64,000 nt of DNA, from IMG/VR virus record IMGVR_UViG_3300028886_000001; one strand, written 5' to 3'. Source of the DNA: a virus (taxonomy: Duplodnaviria; Caudoviricetes). Under the pieces are notes generated by a model that saw nothing but the letters and a program-made list of their open reading frames with translations, did not search any database and had not been told where the DNA came from. Positions 60,664 to 64,000 of this stretch are shown here, one piece after another; positions within the stretch are counted from its first letter, which is position 1, and every line of letters begins with the position of its first letter. A program made the position numbers and the translations under genes.

Positions 60664-61965
60664 ATGACAATGAATAAAAAGGTAGATTTCCAAGCAGTAA
60701 AGACAGGATTGGTATTCTTCCCAGAAGAAGTTAAAAATGAGATCATGAAAGGTCTCAAAGCTACAAGATATATCTTTAACGGGTGTGTTGACGAGCACCC
60801 AATGGTAATGTATACCAATAAGATAGATTACATAAATAGTAATCTAGCAGGCACTACATTTAAGATAAAGTCTTTGGATATCAATGATATCAATAGAGAG
60901 TTTATCAATTTTATGGCAAACTTTTTTGAGAAATATTCTCAAAAACTTGCTTCTGCAACTAGGGCAATCAACAACTTTAGTGATGATGAAGTTGCCGATT
61001 GCATTAATAAATTTACAGGTGATGCTTGTATTGCAGAGGTACTTTTCGATGCTTCAGCATTAGACAAAATTATAAACGAAGCATTAAAAAGTCAAAGTAA
61101 GAAAAAACTTTTAGAGGAAACTCCAGACGTTATTGATGTTGAAAATGCCATCGACATCAATAAGGAAATTGACAAAGAAGCTTCTGAAGGAGAGCTTCCA
61201 GTTCCAGATGAAATTATAGATACAGAAGAAATTCCAGATGAAGAAGTTATGAATGATGCAGAAATAAAAGAAGAAAAGAAAGAAGAAACAATAGTTTCAT
61301 CATCTTCTGAAGCTGCAGAAGGATTTATCACTGATGAAAAATTGCTTGAAAAGGTAGGTGATAAATTCTTTGAAGAGGCTAAAGACAAGATTAACAGAAT
61401 TGTCAAAAATAAATCTTTAACAAGAAAACAAAAGAAGAATAGGATTAATAGAATTGTTAGATCCTATTCTCATAAAGCTGAAGATTTTGATCCTATAAAA
61501 GAAGAAGAAATAAAAGAGAAGATCATTACAGAAACAGTAGAAGACATAAAGAAGCCTGAGACTACTATAGAAGAAAAAAATAAAGCTGTTATTGATTCTT
61601 TCCAATACCCTGAAACTAAAGACAACAGTTTTATTAAAAAGATACTTAGAGATAATATTAAAAATATTATTCTAAGTAGAGTAGATGAAGACATCTACAA
61701 AATCGAAATGCCAAGAAAGAACGGATTTACCGATATGTGTTATATCAGTTTCGGAAAGAAATCTTTCGAGATTGGTATAAGACATCAAATGACACAAGGT
61801 GCTATTATAATAGTACCTATGCCAAGCAATCCAGCTCTTGGTAACATTTCAGTGCTTAATGAACAAGTGTTTAAGGAAGTTATAGAAGTTGGCACTATGG
61901 GAATAACACAATATTCAAATTCATTCATTTCTATACCTTTCAATGTAAAAAAGAGAGCTTCATAG
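60664..61965 (+). CDS. Hypothetical protein with acidic central region (early)
   Basis: Early motif at 60588-60600, terminator after the stop. Confidence 0.7.
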   Translation: MTMNKKVDFQAVKTGLVFFPEEVKNEIMKGLKATRYIFNGCVDEHPMVMYTNKIDYINSNLAGTTFKIKSLDINDINREFINFMANFFEKYSQKLASATRAINNFSDDEVADCINKFTGDACIAEVLFDASALDKIINEALKSQSKKKLLEETPDVIDVENAIDINKEIDKEASEGELPVPDEIIDTEEIPDEEVMNDAEIKEEKKEETIVSSSSEAAEGFITDEKLLEKVGDKFFEEAKDKINRIVKNKSLTRKQKKNRINRIVRSYSHKAEDFDPIKEEEIKEKIITETVEDIKKPETTIEEKNKAVIDSFQYPETKDNSFIKKILRDNIKNIILSRVDEDIYKIEMPRKNGFTDMCYISFGKKSFEIGIRHQMTQGAIIIVPMPSNPALGNISVLNEQVFKEVIEVGTMGITQYSNSFISIPFNVKKRAS

Positions 61966-62028
61966 CTCTCTTTTATTTTTTGACTTGACCCATAACTATT
62001 AAATAATAAATATAAGGAGTTTAATATT

Positions 62029-62763
62029 ATGGATATCAATAATTACAATAAAATATCAGAGCAGATAACGATATTAGGAAATAATGCAAGTTTAAGAATG
62101 TGTACTGTCTTAACGAGAAAGACACAAGAAGGGTATAAGAAGTCATTTTATAATGAATACGAATATGGAACAGAGAAATATGTAGATGCTTCATCTATGA
62201 GAACTATAAAGAAAGATTATGATTATTTTTTGTCTTTAGAGATATTTGATACTAAAGATAATGTAATATTAAGAACTGGAGATGTATTTAGATTAAAACT
62301 TCTATTGAAAGATATATATAAATTCTATAATGATAATTCGTATGATATATTATTTGATAAGTCATCTACAAAAATATCTAAAGTGTTTAGATTAAATAAT
62401 CTACCCATGGGTAGATATGTATCATTTAAATTTTGTTTTATAAATATTGGAGATGATACAGAAGAACTAGGATTGAGAATAAGTATATCAGAGGATTCAT
62501 ACACTGATTGTACAATGAATGATTTATTTGGCTTATTATATACTATGGATTCATTAAACATGTTTCAATCTGCTCAGATAGCTGTATCATCATTACATAT
62601 AGAATTAGAAACAAATCTAAATATTATAGGAGATACATCATCATCTTCTAAAGTAAATCATAATATAGAAGAGAGAAATCAACAAGAGTTATTAGTATCA
62701 AAGAAAAGACAATTACCTAAGAAGCAATCAAGATCATTCTTCGATAAAATGGATGATATGTAA
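62029..62763 (+). CDS. Hypothetical protein
   Basis: SD AAGGAG, AACT-N6-TA at 61994. Confidence 0.7.
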   Translation: MDINNYNKISEQITILGNNASLRMCTVLTRKTQEGYKKSFYNEYEYGTEKYVDASSMRTIKKDYDYFLSLEIFDTKDNVILRTGDVFRLKLLLKDIYKFYNDNSYDILFDKSSTKISKVFRLNNLPMGRYVSFKFCFINIGDDTEELGLRISISEDSYTDCTMNDLFGLLYTMDSLNMFQSAQIAVSSLHIELETNLNIIGDTSSSSKVNHNIEERNQQELLVSKKRQLPKKQSRSFFDKMDDM

Positions 62764-62817
62764 AATTATCATATGTAAACATATTAGTACTTATTAATAT
62801 AAGGGGGTTATAAATTT

Positions 62818-63138
62818 ATGGGAGTAAGAAAAGACGTAAGAACATTATTGAAAGGGTTAAAACTAGATTTACTGACTATTAGATATTTTACTATAGCAGT
62901 TGATTATTGTATATCTAATGATATAGATCCTTTAGAGATATCATTAATTAAAGATGTATATCCAATAATAAATAAGGAGATTAAGAATACTACTGAAGGG
63001 GCTATAGAATCACATATGATTAAAGCCGTATTGAAGAGTAGAAAAGCTGTAGATGAATATACTTACTATGATAAATTAGGAGTAAAGAAGCCTACAGTAA
63101 GAAGACTTATGATTAAACTTGTAGAAATATTAAAATAG
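62818..63138 (+). CDS. Stand-alone Spo0A C-terminal (effector) domain homolog
   Basis: LIKDVYPIINKEIKNTTEGAIESHM..AV...KPTVRRLM aligns to Spo0A [28 protein letters not shown]...KPTNSEFI. No receiver domain. Confidence 0.7.
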   Translation: MGVRKDVRTLLKGLKLDLLTIRYFTIAVDYCISNDIDPLEISLIKDVYPIINKEIKNTTEGAIESHMIKAVLKSRKAVDEYTYYDKLGVKKPTVRRLMIKLVEILK

Positions 63139-63326
63139 ATAGATTGAGTTATATAGCTCAATCTATTTTTTATTTATATATTATTACATTGCTATAAGAA
63201 TAATATAGTAATATAAATATTAAGGATAGCTTAGACAATGAATTATTGTCAAATGATGGTATACATGACAGTATTTTTGAAATAAAATAAGAGTAAGCAT
63301 AATGCTTACTCTTTTATTTTTTTGTA

Positions 63327-64000
63327 TTATACTGTATACATTAATGGTTGTGCGTCATTAGCAGCAGATACACTAGCATCCTTCAAGTCAGCTACTACAT
63401 CTTCTCTTTTATCTACATACTTTTCTAAATCTCCTAATTTGATATCTATATTACCAAATGCAGATTCCATACCATCAAAATATTTCAAATGATTATATAA
63501 GAATATAGCTACATCGCATATAGCTAATTGTTCAAATATCTCCATTTTAGTAGGTGGAATAGTATTTAAATTATCAGCATGCTTTATAAGTAAGTCTATC
63601 TTAAAATTAGGTAGGCATGTAAGATACTCTATATTAGTAGCACCTTTTAATCTTATTTTATTAGGTGGTTCCCATTCTGGATATATACCATAATTGAATA
63701 ATGATACATGGTTAGCTTGCATTTGTACCATAGCTAAATCACCCATATCAAATCCAACGTTAAAGAAATCAAAAGAACCAAATGGTTGTGCATTTACAGC
63801 CATTGCATTTTCAGTAAACTCTTCCCATGCTATATCTCTTAATCCTAATATTTCTATATTACCTGGAATCTTATCTTCATCTATAAGACAATAATCACCA
63901 CGTCTATCCTTCTTTACATCTACAGTATATCTTATTTTCATAGGAAAATATCTAGAAAATGTAGTTAAAGAATCTTCTATAATGACTTTTGCCCATTCGT
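63327..64000 (-). CDS. Probable virion structural protein (5' end truncated by window edge)
   Basis: The frame is open to the window end (EWAKVIIEDSLTTFSRYFPMKIRY...). The structural role is a guess from context. Confidence 0.5.
   Translation of the reverse strand, partial: EWAKVIIEDSLTTFSRYFPMKIRYTVDVKKDRRGDYCLIDEDKIPGNIEILGLRDIAWEEFTENAMAVNAQPFGSFDFFNVGFDMGDLAMVQMQANHVSLFNYGIYPEWEPPNKIRLKGATNIEYLTCLPNFKIDLLIKHADNLNTIPPTKMEIFEQLAICDVAIFLYNHLKYFDGMESAFGNIDIKLGDLEKYVDKREDVVADLKDASVSAANDAQPLMYTV

Noticed and set aside
1-64000. Alternative genetic code (stop-codon reassignment)
   Set aside because: Core genes are full length under code 11, and TAG stops fall at sensible gene ends.
1-64000. CRISPR array, tRNA or rRNA genes
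   Set aside because: I saw no regularly spaced repeat-spacer pattern or cloverleaf, and intergenic gaps are short. tRNAscan was not run.
1-64000. Phage nucleus shell (chimallin) or PhuZ tubulin gene
   Set aside because: None recognisable here, so the nuclear-import reading of the K-[IV]-W tag remains only one hypothesis.

Overview
This window is a 64-kb segment of a very AT-rich jumbo myophage genome of the phiKZ / AR9-PBS1 type. Its host is probably a spore-forming Firmicute such as a Clostridium (strong AGGAGG Shine-Dalgarno sites, a Spo0A-like effector gene, a CD1375-like gene). It encodes pieces of two split multisubunit RNA polymerases (non-virion beta-N, beta-C and beta'-C; probable virion beta-C and beta'-C). 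It also encodes a family B DNA polymerase split into two genes about 19 kb apart, an NAD-dependent ligase, RecA/UvsX, SbcC, an SF2 helicase, portal, tail sheath, probable tail tube and a cluster of modular fibre and Kelch proteins. Host-interaction genes include an AcrIII-1-type ring nuclease, a Spo0A effector domain, MYG1 and a GH73 glucosaminidase. Two promoter classes can be read directly from the DNA: AATT[AG]TATATTAT (early-like) and AAC[AT]-N6-T[AG] (AR9 late-like). The most novel signal is a short basic-aromatic motif, K-[IV]-W in a Lys/Arg-rich context. It is appended, often in several copies, to tails or loops of six non-virion replication and transcription proteins and is absent from the virion proteins, which suggests a shared docking or targeting tag. 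Other highlights are an ORF-less structured transcription unit, inverted and permuted homology blocks between two tail-fibre genes, and complementary terminal motifs in fibre proteins. All family assignments come from motif recognition by eye, not from database searches.
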